NCBI GenBank assembly: GCA_013239625.1
Contig: MU054323.1
Span: 5,569,220 to 5,633,219 of the forward strand
From: Lama guanicoe
Lineage: Eukaryota
DNA: 64,000 nucleotides
Reading direction: 5' to 3'
The notes under the pieces were generated by a model. It searched no databases, had not been told where the DNA came from, and worked only from the letters and a program-made list of their open reading frames with translations. A program made the position numbers and the translations under genes. Positions 24,966 to 38,690 of this stretch are shown here, piece after piece. The first letter of the stretch is position 1. The number at the start of each line of letters is the position of its first letter.

Positions 24966-25974
24966 ACTGATTCTCTGAGTTCAGGTAATTGTTTAGGGCA
25001 GCAAATGTGTCTGTTATGAGTTTCTCAACTTAAAATGCATGTCCTGTCGTGTCCTACTAAACTTTCTCAGACTGAGTTTTGCTCCTTTGCCTGATCTTAT
25101 CTCCTCTGTCCATGGTGCTGAATTGAAAGACCAGCATAGCTGGCACAAAGCAAAACAAAGTAATCTGAATCCGGATTGTAAAAGATCTTGACTACTACTC
25201 TGAGCCTGGTAATAAAATCAGTAAAGTCTTTTCCAAACCCTCTGCCTTAACCCACAAATCTCTCCTCTCCTCCAAAATCTTTGAGTTGAACAGGGTAGAA
25301 TAACTGAGGCTTTCAACTAACAAGAATTGTTAAAACCAATATCTTTTTAATTCCATGATTCCAAAGATTCCATTATCTGGGAATAAATTGATGAAAAGTG
25401 AGCATGAGAAGGTCTATTTCATAAACATCAACCCAGATCTAAACAGAGTTCAAATAAAATGAATCAGAGACTAGAAATTATCAAGGAGGTCCAAAGCCAC
25501 AGCACTGAGCTGATGCAGGGTGTTGAGGCTGGTACTGAGAACAAAGGCTGGAGACAGAGAATGTCTTTATATCTGGTTCAGAATTGATTTTCAAGCCATA
25601 AAAATGTTAGTTAAGGAACACTGACATGAACTAGGGCAGGGTTGGGGGGGGAGCTGGAAAATAGCAAGTGCAATTTCAGGCTTATGAGAAATGGAATTAA
25701 AGTTAAGAGAAGGAAAGCAATCTATTGTTGTCCAGAAACTGGCAAACAGCACAGCCACTGCATCATTATAGTGGCAACGACCTGCTGTGTTCATTTGTCT
25801 CTGAGCTGTCTGACCTAGGAGCTGAGTGATTTATCTACTTTCTACAGCTTCAGCTGGGCCAGGCCAAGAGGATAACTTGGAGAAAGGGGTGGTGGTGGGG
25901 ATGGTGACACTTAAGCACCAAGCCAATGAACTCCATATGTCTTGTGTTAGAGAGCATGCTCATAAATCAACCAA

Positions 25975-26350
25975 TATCACACATTTATTTCACACCTACT
26001 ATAAACAAATCTGTGTGCTAGAAAGATGCTGGTCATACAAAGATTGTAAAGGGTAGAGTCATTGGCCTTGGAGAGCCTCGAATCTAGTGGCAAAGGTTAA
26101 GCATATAGAAAATAAATTAGTAATATATGTTAGATAATGGCTAGAAAAAAAAGAGCTACTAGAATACAGAGGAGGACTGCTAACTTTTATATCATGGAAG
26201 ACTTCTGAGAGGAGACAACACCTGAATCAAATCTAAATAGCAGGTAGAATTTGCACAGAGAGGGAAAAATGGGGTGAGCATTTGAGGACAAAGCAATTAG
26301 CAAACCCTCAGAGGCAGGAATGGGTCAGTTACATTTTAGGAAGGTGACAT
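25975..26350 (-). mobile_element. L2 fragment
   Basis: 'tgtgtgctaga..gccttggagagcctcgaatctagtgg..catggaagacttctgagaggagacaacacctgaatc' is the reverse L2 3' region. Confidence 0.6.
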
Positions 26351-27664
26351 TGCTCATCCAAAACCAAACTCATAACCTAGAATCTAGATACGAGAGTAAC
26401 CCAAGCTCTCCCCATCAAAGAAGAGAGTTAGGGTAGCAATGGATGCTCAAGGCTCTGTACATCAATACTGGGCTGAACCACTTTGTCAAACATTGAATGA
26501 CTTCCAGTATGAAAATTTAATTTTTAGACTTCTAGCCACAGTGGGATACACTGTTAAGGTACAGAGAAATGTCCAGACCAAGTGTTCTTTCACTCCATGA
26601 CTCTCCCAAAAAGTTACTTGTTAAGTTAACCAGGATAGTGCTTCTTCCTCAAGCTAATGTGCACTCATCCTGATAAATAAGAAAATCCAATGATGAGTGT
26701 TAATTCTGGCAGGAAGAATAAAGAGAGCCCATAAGAATTCTTAGAAGTTAGACCAATAACATTTTTTTTCACCTGTCTTGGATTCAATGACTTTGTTGCC
26801 AACTTACAACTCCAACTAAGCACATCACATCCTCACTACAAGTTAGGCTGCCTTATAGAGTAGTCACCACAGCACAACAATTTACAGAGTCAGAAAACAG
26901 ATCAGAGGAAGAAATGAGAGCTGAGGAACCCTCAAGGTATAAGGGAGAAAACATCTTATTTCTAATTCTAGGCATATTCTAAAACATATCTAATTTTTAA
27001 TTCTAACCCATGGAAGGACTGAAGAGAAGAAAATCAAGATGAAAATTAAGATGCCAAATCTCAGAGAGAGTGGGTTTAAAATAATAGTCTGGTTTGCATT
27101 ACAACAAAGGGACCTTGGGTATGTGGAGGGGGAGGCGGGAGCAAACATGTACTTTGGTGCTGCAAACAAACCTGCTACAGAGGACCCATCCTGGAAAGAT
27201 CAAAGATGAATGTCTTCAGGCAGATAAAATTCAAACAAGCAAAAGCAAATAAAAATGTATCTAGCAATTTGCTGTTATGCAACTAATGGGAATTCTAGAG
27301 AAAAGAAATACAAACTTTATTCAGAGAGAAGAGTTTACCTGGACAGGGACTAAGAATTGACCACACTGTACCACTGAGAACATGCTCTGGAACATGCTGA
27401 GTGGTCTCCCAGTTGCCAACTTCTGAGCATTCACATGTATCAAGTATTCTTATAAGTCATCTCACTTGATGACTTCAACTCCGAGACTCCCTGACCCCTT
27501 GACTTTTGCCACCAGCACCTTCTTAGTCCTCCTTCAAGGGTTCCTAGCAATGCATTTCAGTCTTCTTTCCAGGACACTCTTCCTCCTCTCCCTTCCTGAT
27601 TAAAGGTATTCCCCTGAAATTTAGCTCTCTCTTTACCTCCTTCCCTTATTAAACTCAACCCCCA

Positions 27665-27840
27665 GCATAGAGAAAGAGAAGTCTTAGGATTTAACCTTAG
27701 GAACTCCAATGACTAGCTTGGCAATGTTGGGCAATGTACTTAGCCACTCTCAATCTGTTTCCTGAGCAATAAAATACAGATAATAATATCTTCTTGGTTT
27801 ATGTCAGTTGACTATTTTGAAAATCACATAGTTTGATAAA
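27665..27840 (+). mobile_element. MIR SINE
   Basis: 'gactagcttggcaatgttgggcaatgtacttagccactctcaatctgtttcctgagcaataaaatacagataataata'. Confidence 0.6.
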
Positions 27841-28194
27841 AGGGAGAGTGCTGAGAAAATGGTAAAGACTTGGAAGCTGTTTGTCTCTAAGGTAAGATGG
27901 ATAATGACAATTGTAGTGAATCCTCTCTCATCTAGACTGCATTCTCTATCAGCTCCTTCATTGTTTCTCTTCCCGCTAACCTGGATCCAAATGCAATCCC
28001 CAAGATGGGACCTAAACCTGCTGATCTCTTCCCTCCCTTCCCTCTACCTCCATTTTACCACTTGCAAGACAATCATTTAAAACACTCTTGGTTTAAGACG
28101 TGGTTTGGTGGGAAATTGGGCTAAACCTGGATAAACCAGCAACTGTAAGCCACACTGGTTGATGTTCTACCAAGAAACATCTCAATACTGTATT

Positions 28195-28425
28195 TAACCA
28201 TGAAGACTCTGAAGTCACAGTTCCTGGACTCAAATTCCACACTCACCAGTACAACCGGCTCTCTGACTTTAGGTAAACTTCTTGACCTTTTTGTACCTCA
28301 AATTACTCAACTATAAAACAGAAATGTTAATAGCAGTGTCTACCTCATGGGGCTCTTGTGGTTTTTGCATGAAAGAAGATACACAAGTTATCTGAGACAT
28401 CATAAATATGGAATAAATATTTGGC
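28195..28425 (+). mobile_element. MIR SINE
   Basis: 'gactctgaagtcaca..tgactttaggtaaacttcttgacc..gtacctcaaattactcaactataaaa..tctacctcatgggg'. Confidence 0.7.
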
Positions 28426-28710
28426 CTAATTTTATATAGTTAGAGGTGGTAACAAGAAGCATTCCAAGAAACTTCATCATTCAACAAATATTCAGAGGTT
28501 AATTAGAAATATATTTCTCTAGGAAGTGGGGATACAGGAAGAACAAAGCAGAGATCTACTCAGATTTAACAGAATCTAGGGTGGAATATAAACAAGTAAA
28601 TAAGAAATTAAAACAATGGTAAGTGCCACGATAGGGCAAAAAATAAAGGATGCTGTGAAAACACACTTTAGGGTTTCTTGGAAGGATGGAAATGGGAAAA
28701 AGGAATGAGG

Positions 28711-29080
28711 TGGTATGGGCTAAATTCTGCCCCCTCAAAAGTCAGATGTTCAAGTTCTAACTCCCAGTACTTCCTAATGTGAATGTATTAGGAGATAAGG
28801 TATTTAAAGAAGGAATTAAGGTGAAATGAGTTCATCAGAGTAGGCCCTAACGCAATGTAACTGATGTCCTCATCAGGAGGGAAAAATTAAGACACAAACA
28901 CACGTAAAGGGAAGACCCAGGAGAAGATGGCCATCTACAAGCCCAAAAGTGAGGGCTTCCAAGGAAACCAACCCTGACAACACCTTGATCTGTGACTTCC
29001 AGCCTCCAGAGTTGGGAGGACAGAAATGTCTGTTACTTAAGACACACAGTCTGGGGTACTTTGTTACGGCAGCTCTAGCA
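28711..29080 (+). mobile_element. MaLR solo LTR (MLT1B-like), inserted next to or into an L2 fragment
   Basis: Starts 'tggtatgggctaaattctgccccctcaaaa'; contains 'agaagatggccatctacaagcc..aaccaaccctgacaacaccttgatctgtgacttccagcctccaga..gtactttgttacggcagctctagca'. Confidence 0.9.
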
Positions 29081-29934
29081 CACGTCGGGTGTGGCGATGG
29101 AACGCTTCTGAGAGACATGACAACATATCTCAGACAGAAGCATGAGTAGGAGAGGCATGTTTTGGCAAGGGTAGAAGGCGGGAGGCCACAAGAGAAAGGT
29201 CAATGCCATGACCACTTGTCACACGACCTCTCTTTTGTATATGGAAGTTCTTTGGAGCACATTATTAACTTCCCTTGTCCTCACAACAGCCTTGAGGTGG
29301 TTAGATGCATCTGATTCATAACTACCACTGATTTACAGAGATCAAAACCAAGCTTCAGACAGATACATGATGAAGGCTGGCACAAGGCAGAGCTTGCCTC
29401 CCCCAAAGGAGGTGAGTCCAAGAGTGAAGATCTTAGCAAAGAAACAGCAAAACCACCTCTTCTTTGTATTTGGTACTAGATATAGTTTACTGATGTCATG
29501 GAGCATGAAAATAATTAATTCCCAGTACAATCTTATAACATTCAGAAAGAGCTAAATAATACAAGATAAACAGTTTGGAGGCAGATAACAAGTGAATGAT
29601 TTGGGAAAGACAGGAAGAATGGTTGTACTGGGCTAACAGATGTGTTAGACCATCAGATAAAAACGGAAACCGGATATGACAAAGGCTGTGGAGGGATTGT
29701 GAATTTAGTGAAATCTGTGTGCTCTTTCCAAGGAAGGAGAGAGATGAATGGTGAATCAGAACTTTCCCCCCAGTCCTCAAACATCTTCAGTGCCAAGTTT
29801 AAACAGTCTGCATTCCACGCCTTGCCCATCTTCTCTGGGGTTAATCAACCTGAGTTGAATTTCTGAGATGAACCCACATGGCATGAGGACTTCCAAAAAG
29901 TAACAAAGTCAGGTCAACATGGTGTTTCTACTGC

Positions 29935-30130
29935 TCTGACACAGTCTAGTGATGGGACATTGGTTGAGTTAACTAAACAAGCTTTCTTTAAACAATACCT
30001 CAGTTACCTCACCTGTAAGATGGGGCCTCATTTAATGTGAGAGTTAAATAAAAGAATTAGAGGAGAGGTCTAATGCTTGGCCTACAGCATGCTGCCTGGC
30101 ACAGAGAAAGCACAGGATAAATAGTAGGTC
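29935..30130 (+). mobile_element. MIR SINE
   Basis: 'cctcagttacctcacctgtaagatgggg..tgtgagagttaaat..tgcctggcacagagaaagcac'. Confidence 0.65.
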
Positions 30131-32559
30131 CACATACAAAATTTTAGGGAAGAAAAGGAGCTACTTTCGACTTGAGGCTGCAGAATGATATAGATACCAT
30201 CAAGCTCCCTTCCACGCTGAACTTTACACCATTCAAATGCATCAGTAACGGGTTAGCACTTCCACGGCTATGAGCTCCCCAGAGTGGACAAAGACAGCAC
30301 CCAGGATCACCCTCCTACTTCCTGAGATGGGCAAGCTAAAGTCAAAAGAACTTAGTAATGTCAAGTAAATATATCTGAGCCTGTCATTGGAAAGTTCCTA
30401 ATAAGGTTTCCAGGTGATTCATTTGGTGACAGGAGGGATCTGACTCACCCAAGCTGCCCTTGCACACATCCGCAGACCTGCACAACTGGCCTTGGATTGT
30501 GCTTTTTCAGAGCAATCCAAGGTGTTCTTCATGGGGCACCAAAAACATAACAATTACTCCACTGGGAAATGATGAGAACCAAAAACAACAATTTTATTAT
30601 CTTCACCAAGACAAGAGCACTGGAAAGATTTGAACCAGCATTATCCAGGAAGAGAGATGTGCTCTTTTTAAGCCTATGAAGGGATAAACACCAGAACCAC
30701 CAGATTCCCCCTGGAGTTCATTTTCAGTGGCTGCATATGGCTGTATAGACATGGAGTGCCACATTACAGGGAAATGTCGCTAGGCCAAGGGACATCAAAC
30801 AGGGCATCCAGTAAATTCTTAGCAAAGATAGTGGTCTCGTCTGGCTGGACTCCAAAGGCAGAACTTTTGATAACATGACCTTGCTATACAGAGACTCCAG
30901 ATAGTGAATTGAGGACAGCCTGCCAATCACAATCCAAAGATGCTCCTGGACACCCCTGTGTCCGTGTGGTATCTTCCAACCACATCCTCTTTGTTCTCTT
31001 TCTTCCCACACAGGCTCCTGCATCATTCAAGGTACTCCCTGATATTGATGCGTTATTTGATTTAAAGATTATTCAAAGGTTCTACCTCCCCTTTTTAATT
31101 TTAAGTTCTTCAAGGGCAGAAGAAAGGCATTCCCCAATTTCTCATGTCCTCCTCTCTTTATTCAACCCCCTGCCCTGGTCTAACTTCAGCCCTAACCTCA
31201 GCACAGGCCCCACACCAACGCCTGTACTATGACTGAAAGAACAGAATCTTGCTTGCTTCAACCTCAAAACTCATGGAAATCCCAGGATAAAATCTTCACA
31301 TACGATGTTGGTCAAGACAACTGCCACATGCCAGCATCATCACAGGATTCATAGTTGCACATCAAACGCCTCCTTATTGGACTAATTTTTTCAGTCCGTT
31401 GGAATGGCATGCAATTTGCTTTACAGCGTGGGATCTACCTGTGACGGCTTGCAAGAAATTCGAAATGTGAAACGTAGGAAGGCAGTATTGGCTTTAGCCA
31501 GGGCCGGGTATTGAAGACGAGCGGAACGCATGCATCCATGGATTGGTGCTCTTTGTGCATTCGCCTCCTCACTTCACACTGCGCTGAATGAAGAAGACTG
31601 AGAGACTCTGAATGGGGAGCCAGAGAGATCTTTAAAGATGCAGAGCCTCCCTTCCACAAGCAGACCCTGGAAAATTGCGCAGGCTCATGCCTCTGAGCCA
31701 CAGGTTTCAAAGGCCTGCTGTACCTGAAGGCCCTGATTGCTGCCTCTGATGTGATTCCAGAACAGAGCTGTCCACAGGAGAGGTCCTGGGCCACTCCTAT
31801 GCGGTCCTGGGGGACCTGGAGACACACAGACAGGGATAAGTCTTTTCTTCTCTCCTGCTTTCCGTCTTTTCTAGCTGTTTTCCCCTTTCCAAACTCCACA
31901 CACACACTCGCACTCAGCGCACAGTTGAAAAGGACGGGAAAAAAAAATCTCACCAACTCTGACCTCATTCTTGAGTCATTTTGCCTCAAAGCAATAGAAG
32001 GCAGCAGAAACCAGAAATTTTACATGTTAACTATAAAATCAGCATCTGTGAGTTAACTGAATTAGTTAACAGTGAAATTAGTAAGTATTCTTTGTAAAAA
32101 AAAAATTAAAACAATGCAAATTAAAAAGTAGGAGTTTCCACATGGATATGATTTATGAAGATTTCGCAAATGGAAAAGACAACATTCTCCTTAACACCTT
32201 GAGCTACAAGCTCTGATTTACCTTCTGAAAGATAATACACAATTAGAACATTTCTGGAAAATCATGCTAGAAACTGATAGCTGTAATTGCTTCCTAGAAC
32301 GGAGAAAAACTTAACTTTTCACAACCTTTTATACTGTTTGAATTTTTCACTCTGAGAATGCACTGCCTTCTAAAAGTAAAGATAAACAAATCAGACAATT
32401 AATCAATTGGCTAATTTTAAACTGTTGTTCTAGTTAAGAAGGCATCAAAACCTAGTCCCTCAAATTAAAGTACTGTTCGGGTTCGAGGATCTCAAAACAG
32501 AGGCTTTAGTCCCAGCCCTCTCCGCAGTGTGTCTCTCGACTTGTCCGTGAACACAGAAT

Positions 32560-35502
32560 CATTCCATTTACTGATGTTCTTCAATTTCTTTCAACAATTT
32601 TGTAGTTTTCCACATGTACATCTTGTACATACCTTGTTAGATTTACACCTAAGCAGTTCATTTTCTGGTATTATTATAACTTTTTAAATTTCAAACTTCA
32701 ATTGTTCATTACTGGTATATAGGAGAACATTTGACTTTTGTCTATTAACCTTGTGTCCTATGATCTTGCTGCATTCACTTCTTAGTTCCAGGAGAGTTGC
32801 TTGTTTGTTTGCCTCTCGATTCTTTGGGACTTTAGGCAATTGTGACATCTGCATCTGGACAGTTTTATTTCTTCCTGTCCAGTCTGTATAACTTTATTTG
32901 CTTTTATGGTCTTTTTTGCTTTAGCTAGGACTCCAGGAAGACGGTGAAGAGGAGTGACAAGAGGGCATCCTTTGCTTGTTCTCGCTCTTGGGGGAAAGTT
33001 TCTCACCATGAAGTGTAACGTCGACTGTAGGTTTTTTGGTAGGTGTTCTTCATCAAATTGAGCAAATTCCCCTCTAATCCTAGTTTGCAGAGTTTTTATC
33101 ATGAATTGGTGCTGGATTTTATCAAATGTTTCTTCTGTACCAACTTACATTATCCGATGATTCTTCTTTTTCACCTGTTAATGTGGTGGATTATACTGTG
33201 ATTTTCTGATGTTGAACTAGCCTTGCATTACCTGGAATAAATTCTATTTGATTGTGGTTTATAATTCTTTTTATGCAATAATAGACTCCATTAACTCATA
33301 GTTTGTTGAGGACTTTTGCTTCTATGTTGATACAGCTTTCCTTTCCTGTAATGTCAGGTGAACACTGGCCTCATACAATCAATCGAGAAGTTTTCTCTCT
33401 GCTTCTATTTTTCTGGAAGAGACTGTGGAAAAGAACCATCTTTTCTCCCTTAAATGCGTTGACTTAATCCACAAGTAAACTATCAAGGATGGATGTTTTC
33501 TTTTTTTTGAAAGGTTATCATTTATTGATATTATTTCTTTAATAGATAGAGGGCTATCCATATAATCTGTTCACCCGTTTATCTCTCAAGGAACTTATCC
33601 ATTTAATCTAAGCTATAAATTTTGTGAGCACAGTGTTACACCTGGTATTCCTTTATTACCCTTTCAATGTCCGTGGACTCAGTAGTGATGAGCTCTCCTT
33701 TATTTATGATTTTGAAAAATGTTTGTCTTCTATCTTTATTGGTCAGCTTGACTAGATGTTTATCAATCTTATTGATATTTTCAAAGAACCAGATTTTGGC
33801 TTTATTAATTTTCCCTATTGTTTTCCTGTTTTCAATTTCGTTGTCATTTGCTCTAATTTTTTTTTTTTTTGGCTTGACTTAAGCTTAAATTGCACTTCTT
33901 TCTCTAGTTTCCTAATGTGGAAGCTGGATTATTGATTTAAGATCTTTCTTCTCTTCTAATACATACATTTAATGCTATCAGTTTCCCTCTAATCACTGCT
34001 TTCACTGTATCCCACAAATTTTGATGTTTTATTTTCATTTTCACTTGGTTCAAAATAATGTTTAATTTCTCAAGACTCTTTATTTCATCCATATGGTATT
34101 TAGAAGTGTTGTGCTTAATTTCCAGATATTTTAGTATTTTCCAGTTACCTTTTTGTTACTGATTTTCAGTTTAATTTTATTATGGTCTGAGAACATACGT
34201 AGTATGACTTCTGTTATTTTAAAATTTTTAAGATGTGTTATATGGCCTACAATGTAGTCTATTTTGGTGACTGTTTCATATGAGCTTGAGAAAAATGCAT
34301 ATTCAGTTGTTACGAAATGGAACATTATACAATGTAAGTTAGATCAAGTTGATGGGTAATGCTATTCAGATCAATCATATCCTTACTGATTTCCAGCCAA
34401 CTTTATCTATCAGTTACTGAAAGAGGGGTATCAAGTCTCCAGCTATAGTAATGGGTTTGTCCATTTCTCTTTGCAGTTCTGTCAATGTTGCCTCATGTCT
34501 TTTGGCACTCTTCTGTTAGTTATACATACATTAAAGATTATTACATCTTCTTGGAGAATTGACTTCTCTATCGTGATATAATTACGACTTCAATATCATT
34601 ATATAATAATCTCTTGATTTGTAAGAACTTTCCTTTTTCTGAATTCTGCTTTGTCTGAAATTAATATAGTTACTACAGCTTTCTTTTGATTAATGTTAGT
34701 ATGGTATATTTTCTTCATCCCTCTACTTGTAATATATCTGAGTCATTACATCTGAAGTGATTTTCTTGTAGACAAAATACAGTTGGATCTTAGTTTTTTA
34801 TTCACTCTGACAATTTCTGTCTCTTTTAATTGGTGTATTTAGACAATTTACATTAAATTGACTATTGATATGGTTGGATTAACATCTATTATATTTGTAA
34901 ATGTTTCTATTCATTGCACTTGTTATTCGTTTCTTTTCCCCAACTTTTTGTGCTTTCTATGATTTTAAATACATGAATCCATTTCTCTCCTCTCTTAGCA
35001 TATCAATTATTCTTTTTAAAAAAATTTTAGTGGTTGCCCTAGAGTTTGAAATATACATGTTTAATCTATGCCCACCTTCAAATAACAGTACACTGTTTCA
35101 CATTTAGTAAAAGTACCTTATAACAGAGTATTCCCAATTTCTCCCCCTTGTACCTATGATTGCTGTTACTCACTTTACTTATCTGTAAACCAAATCATAC
35201 AATCACATAATCAGGCAAATAAACGATTACTATTGTGACTTCAACTGTTATCCTTTAGATCAATTAAGAGTAAGAAAGGTGAAGAATTTTATCTTACTTT
35301 TGTTCCAAGTAAGCATATTTCAGTGTGACTTTTCTGTATTCACCTGTCTCTCCAGGTTTCAAAGTGATGGTTTGCTCTACATCATTCTCTAATGACCCAA
35401 GAAAAGTCATTGGTTTTCAGTTTGTTAAGCTTTTTTCTTGTTGTAAGAATGGCAGTGATGACTTCCAAGTTCTTCACATGGAGGAGCTAAAACTGGAAGT
35501 CC
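32560..35502 (-). mobile_element. Ancient L1M relic (RT and EN regions of ORF2 plus the extreme 5' end), internally deleted
   Basis: Minus ORF 32782-33102 ('MIKTL..FPPRARTSKGCPLVTPL..IQTGQEEIKLS') matches the L1 RT 'FPLRSGTRQGCPLSPLL..IQIGKEEVKLS' region. ORF 34131-34325 ('EYAFFSS..KIDYIVGH..FSDHNKIKL') matches the EN domain SDH motif. An L1M-like 5' end 'ggacttccagttttagctcc..ttggaagtcatcact' lies near 35500. Confidence 0.88.
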
Positions 35503-38094
35503 CTTTTGGCTTGTGTTTCTATATTCTCATCTATAAAATGGAAAAGACCCTGCCCAGGAGGCTTCATACAGGGAGGGGGCCTTTCAGAAGGATCATGAGC
35601 CAGGACCTTCTATGTAATCTATTAGCCCATCTTTCACTTTGTCAAAGCAGATTCCCATTCAGAATCTCACAGATGTAACGTATCTTTGCCCATGAGGATT
35701 TCAGACTTAATTCATAAAGTACTAGATTATGTATTCTCATTGGCCTCTATATCCCCATCCCTATTTTGCCTACTTCGCATCTTCATAGTTCAGACTCTAC
35801 CGAAAATAAAATCAGGCTCAACTTAGGAACAATGGTCGTACGCAGGAATCAGATGAGCTACAGGTTATGGGATTAAAAGTGCAAGACTCAGAGATGATGG
35901 GGGCAATAGAAACAGCAGATTCAATCTTAGAACGAGGCAGAGGATGGGTTAAAAAAAAGGGGGGGGCATTGAAGGATCTGTCACCCTCATTACCTGGGGT
36001 AACTCCTCTTTCCCTGGGATTCCAACTTAACCCTTGGTGGGTCTGCCCGCCTGTTTCCTCCAATTGTTCAAAAATTACAATAGCCACTATTTCTACAATG
36101 ATAAAATACTCAATTTGTAAGGAATATGAGAATTCATGTAGTCCGGTCATGCATCCAAGGCAAGAATCTTTTAAAGCCCAGTTACATTTCTAAGACAGTA
36201 ATTTTGCCCTCAGCCAAACCTCATCCTACAATTTCTTAATCTCATTGTGCAGGACTTCACATTCAGAGGGAATCATCAGAATCCCCCAGAGAGAATCACC
36301 TGAAGGCTTCATTAACCTGAAGGATTTTACTGCCCCCCCAACCATGAGCTAGATAAACTGCCGTCTGTCTCCTCCTTTGCTTTTGTCTTCTGGTCACTCT
36401 CAATCCATGTGACAAGGGCCCATCAGCCAAGCTACCCCAGCTTTGAAATAAATGATGTGAACCATGGTGCCAAATGTATAAGTAAAGTTCAAAGATTTAT
36501 GCTATCTTTTAAAATTCGGCCAATTCCTGTGCACAAGAAAAAATCAATTGTTGGGCCTGCTTTGTTCTTGGGAAAAAATCAATCACGGTTCTTGCCAATG
36601 ATCCCATTACCCTCTAGATGCCAGAGTCCCTCCTTCACACTCCCCATTGCATGTTGCCATCAGCTGTACCAAACTGCCTTTCCACAAGGCTTCTGTCTTG
36701 GTTTAAGATTGAAACCACCTTTTATATTCCCTTCTCTTCTTAGCGTCCTTAGATCCCTATTACTTTTCCCCAAAATAACTGTAAGTGTGTGAACTAATTA
36801 GCTTAGAGAGCACAAGCTCCCTTAATGCCTTCGGAATCCTGCCATCCCACACTTATTTCTCTATGTTCAGAGCTTCCAAATAGCCCCTCACTTGGTTTTG
36901 GCTTAATTATTCTTCAAGGTCATCCCTGTACCACTCCTGTCCATGTTCCTTTTCTTCTCTGCTTCTGTTTTTAAGAGGCTTTTAAAATAGGTTCAGCAGC
37001 TCAGCCATTTTTTGAGTCATTACTAGCTTCAATCCCCTTTTGCACTTATTACTTGTCCTATTTTTTTCTCTAGCCTCACCTCCTTCTCTGCTATATCTGC
37101 AAGAGTGTTTCTGAATTTCACTGACCCCTTTGCTAGACTGGACGTCTTCTGTGTTTTGGTGGCCTGTACCTTTTCCCTGCAGTATGATCTAATGTCGCAT
37201 GGCCTTGCCTTGAGAATTGGCTCTGCCCCTCTCCTCTCTGTAGCACAGATGCGTCTTTCCCTTTTTCTTCTAGTTCCTTCTTCAGGAAGCTGGACTGAAC
37301 GCTCCCTTGATCTTAGGGTGCTCACTGGACAGGCAAGAGCTCCAGGAAGACAGCTTCCTCTCTACAGTTGTTCAACAACACCCCAGCCTTCTGGATTTCC
37401 AATCTACCTACTAATTTATTTCTATGTTCAACTGGGACAGAAATCTGAATCCTGAAGTAAGAATAAGAAAACAAATGCCACAACCATAATAATAATGCCA
37501 CCTCCCACCAGAGAGCATTGAAAGCTTTTCAAACATTTTCCTGTAAATTATCCAATCCAGAAGACACATTATATAGCAGATTTTAATTTCTTGCTTTCTT
37601 CTAATTGTTATTCTAATTCTTTTCTATTTTCTTCCAACCTCCATCTTTCCCACTCACTTTGCATTATCAATCATCACTTTGAAGAACCATGGAAGGCACT
37701 TCAGAGATGGATCTAGATTAAGGGGTTTTGAATTTTTGAAGGAGCTGAACACAAAGTTGATACTGAAGCCAGAGCTCACAACCTACAAGGAAGGTGGAGG
37801 GATAATCAGAAAACCTCAGAATCAAGCACACTCAACAAACACTGGGTATATGCTGCAATTCCAAGGCCCACAGAGGACCCAAGCATCCCTCAGGGATCCC
37901 AGCAGCAGGCTCTGGGCAGCCCCTCATCACAGCTCATGGAAATGGGCTCTTAAATAAGACTTAATCTGGTTCTCAGGTGGAACTACGTCTGCAAGGTCTG
38001 GGCAAACAGGCAGAGCAGAGAGGGAAGAAAAAGAGATATTCAGCAATGAAGCAAGGCAGAAGACTCAAAGGCCAGGAAACAGGTCTCGAGAAGT

Positions 38095-38433
38095 TCACTG
38101 TTACGGCCCAAATTGGAGCTAGAGCCTTTAAAGAGGTGATTAAGCTAAAATGAAGAGCCACTAGCGTGGACCCTAATCCAATCTGACTGGTGTTATTATA
38201 AGAAGAGGAAATTTGGACGCACAGAGACACCAGGGATGCGCACGCACAGAGGAAAGACAAGTGAGGACTCAGCAAGAAGGCTGCAGTCTGCAAGCCAAGG
38301 GGAGAGGCCCTAGAAGAAACTAAAGCTGCCAACATCTTGATGTTGGAATTCTAGCCTGAGAAAAAATAAATTTCTCTTGTTTATGCCTTCCAACCTACGT
38401 ATTTTGCTATGGCAACCCAAGCAAACTGATACA
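38095..38433 (+). mobile_element. MaLR LTR (MLT1B-like), 5'-truncated
   Basis: 'gaccctaatccaatctgactggtg..agagacaccagggatgcgcacgcacagaggaaagac..gtattttgctatggcaacccaagcaaactgataca'. Confidence 0.88.
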
Positions 38434-38454
38434 CTCCCCCATGGGATAAATTAA

Positions 38455-38690
38455 GCAGAAGACTCTCAGGTCAGAATTCCTGGACTGATCACTTACTAAC
38501 TGTGTGACCTTGGGCAGTGGCAAGTTATGTAACCAGTCTCTGCCTCAACTTTCTCCTCTGTTTGAGAAGGATAATGGTACCTACCTCACAAAGTTGTCAC
38601 AAGGATTAAATAAATTAACCCTTGTAAGGTGCTTGGAAAACTCTCGGGCACATGCTATGTAAGTGTGAGTTGCCACCATTACTATCATCA
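38455..38690 (+). mobile_element. MIR SINE
   Basis: 'cacttactaactgtgtgaccttgggca..tctctgcctcaactttctc..ggataatggtacctacctcacaaagttgtcacaaggattaaat'. Confidence 0.85.
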
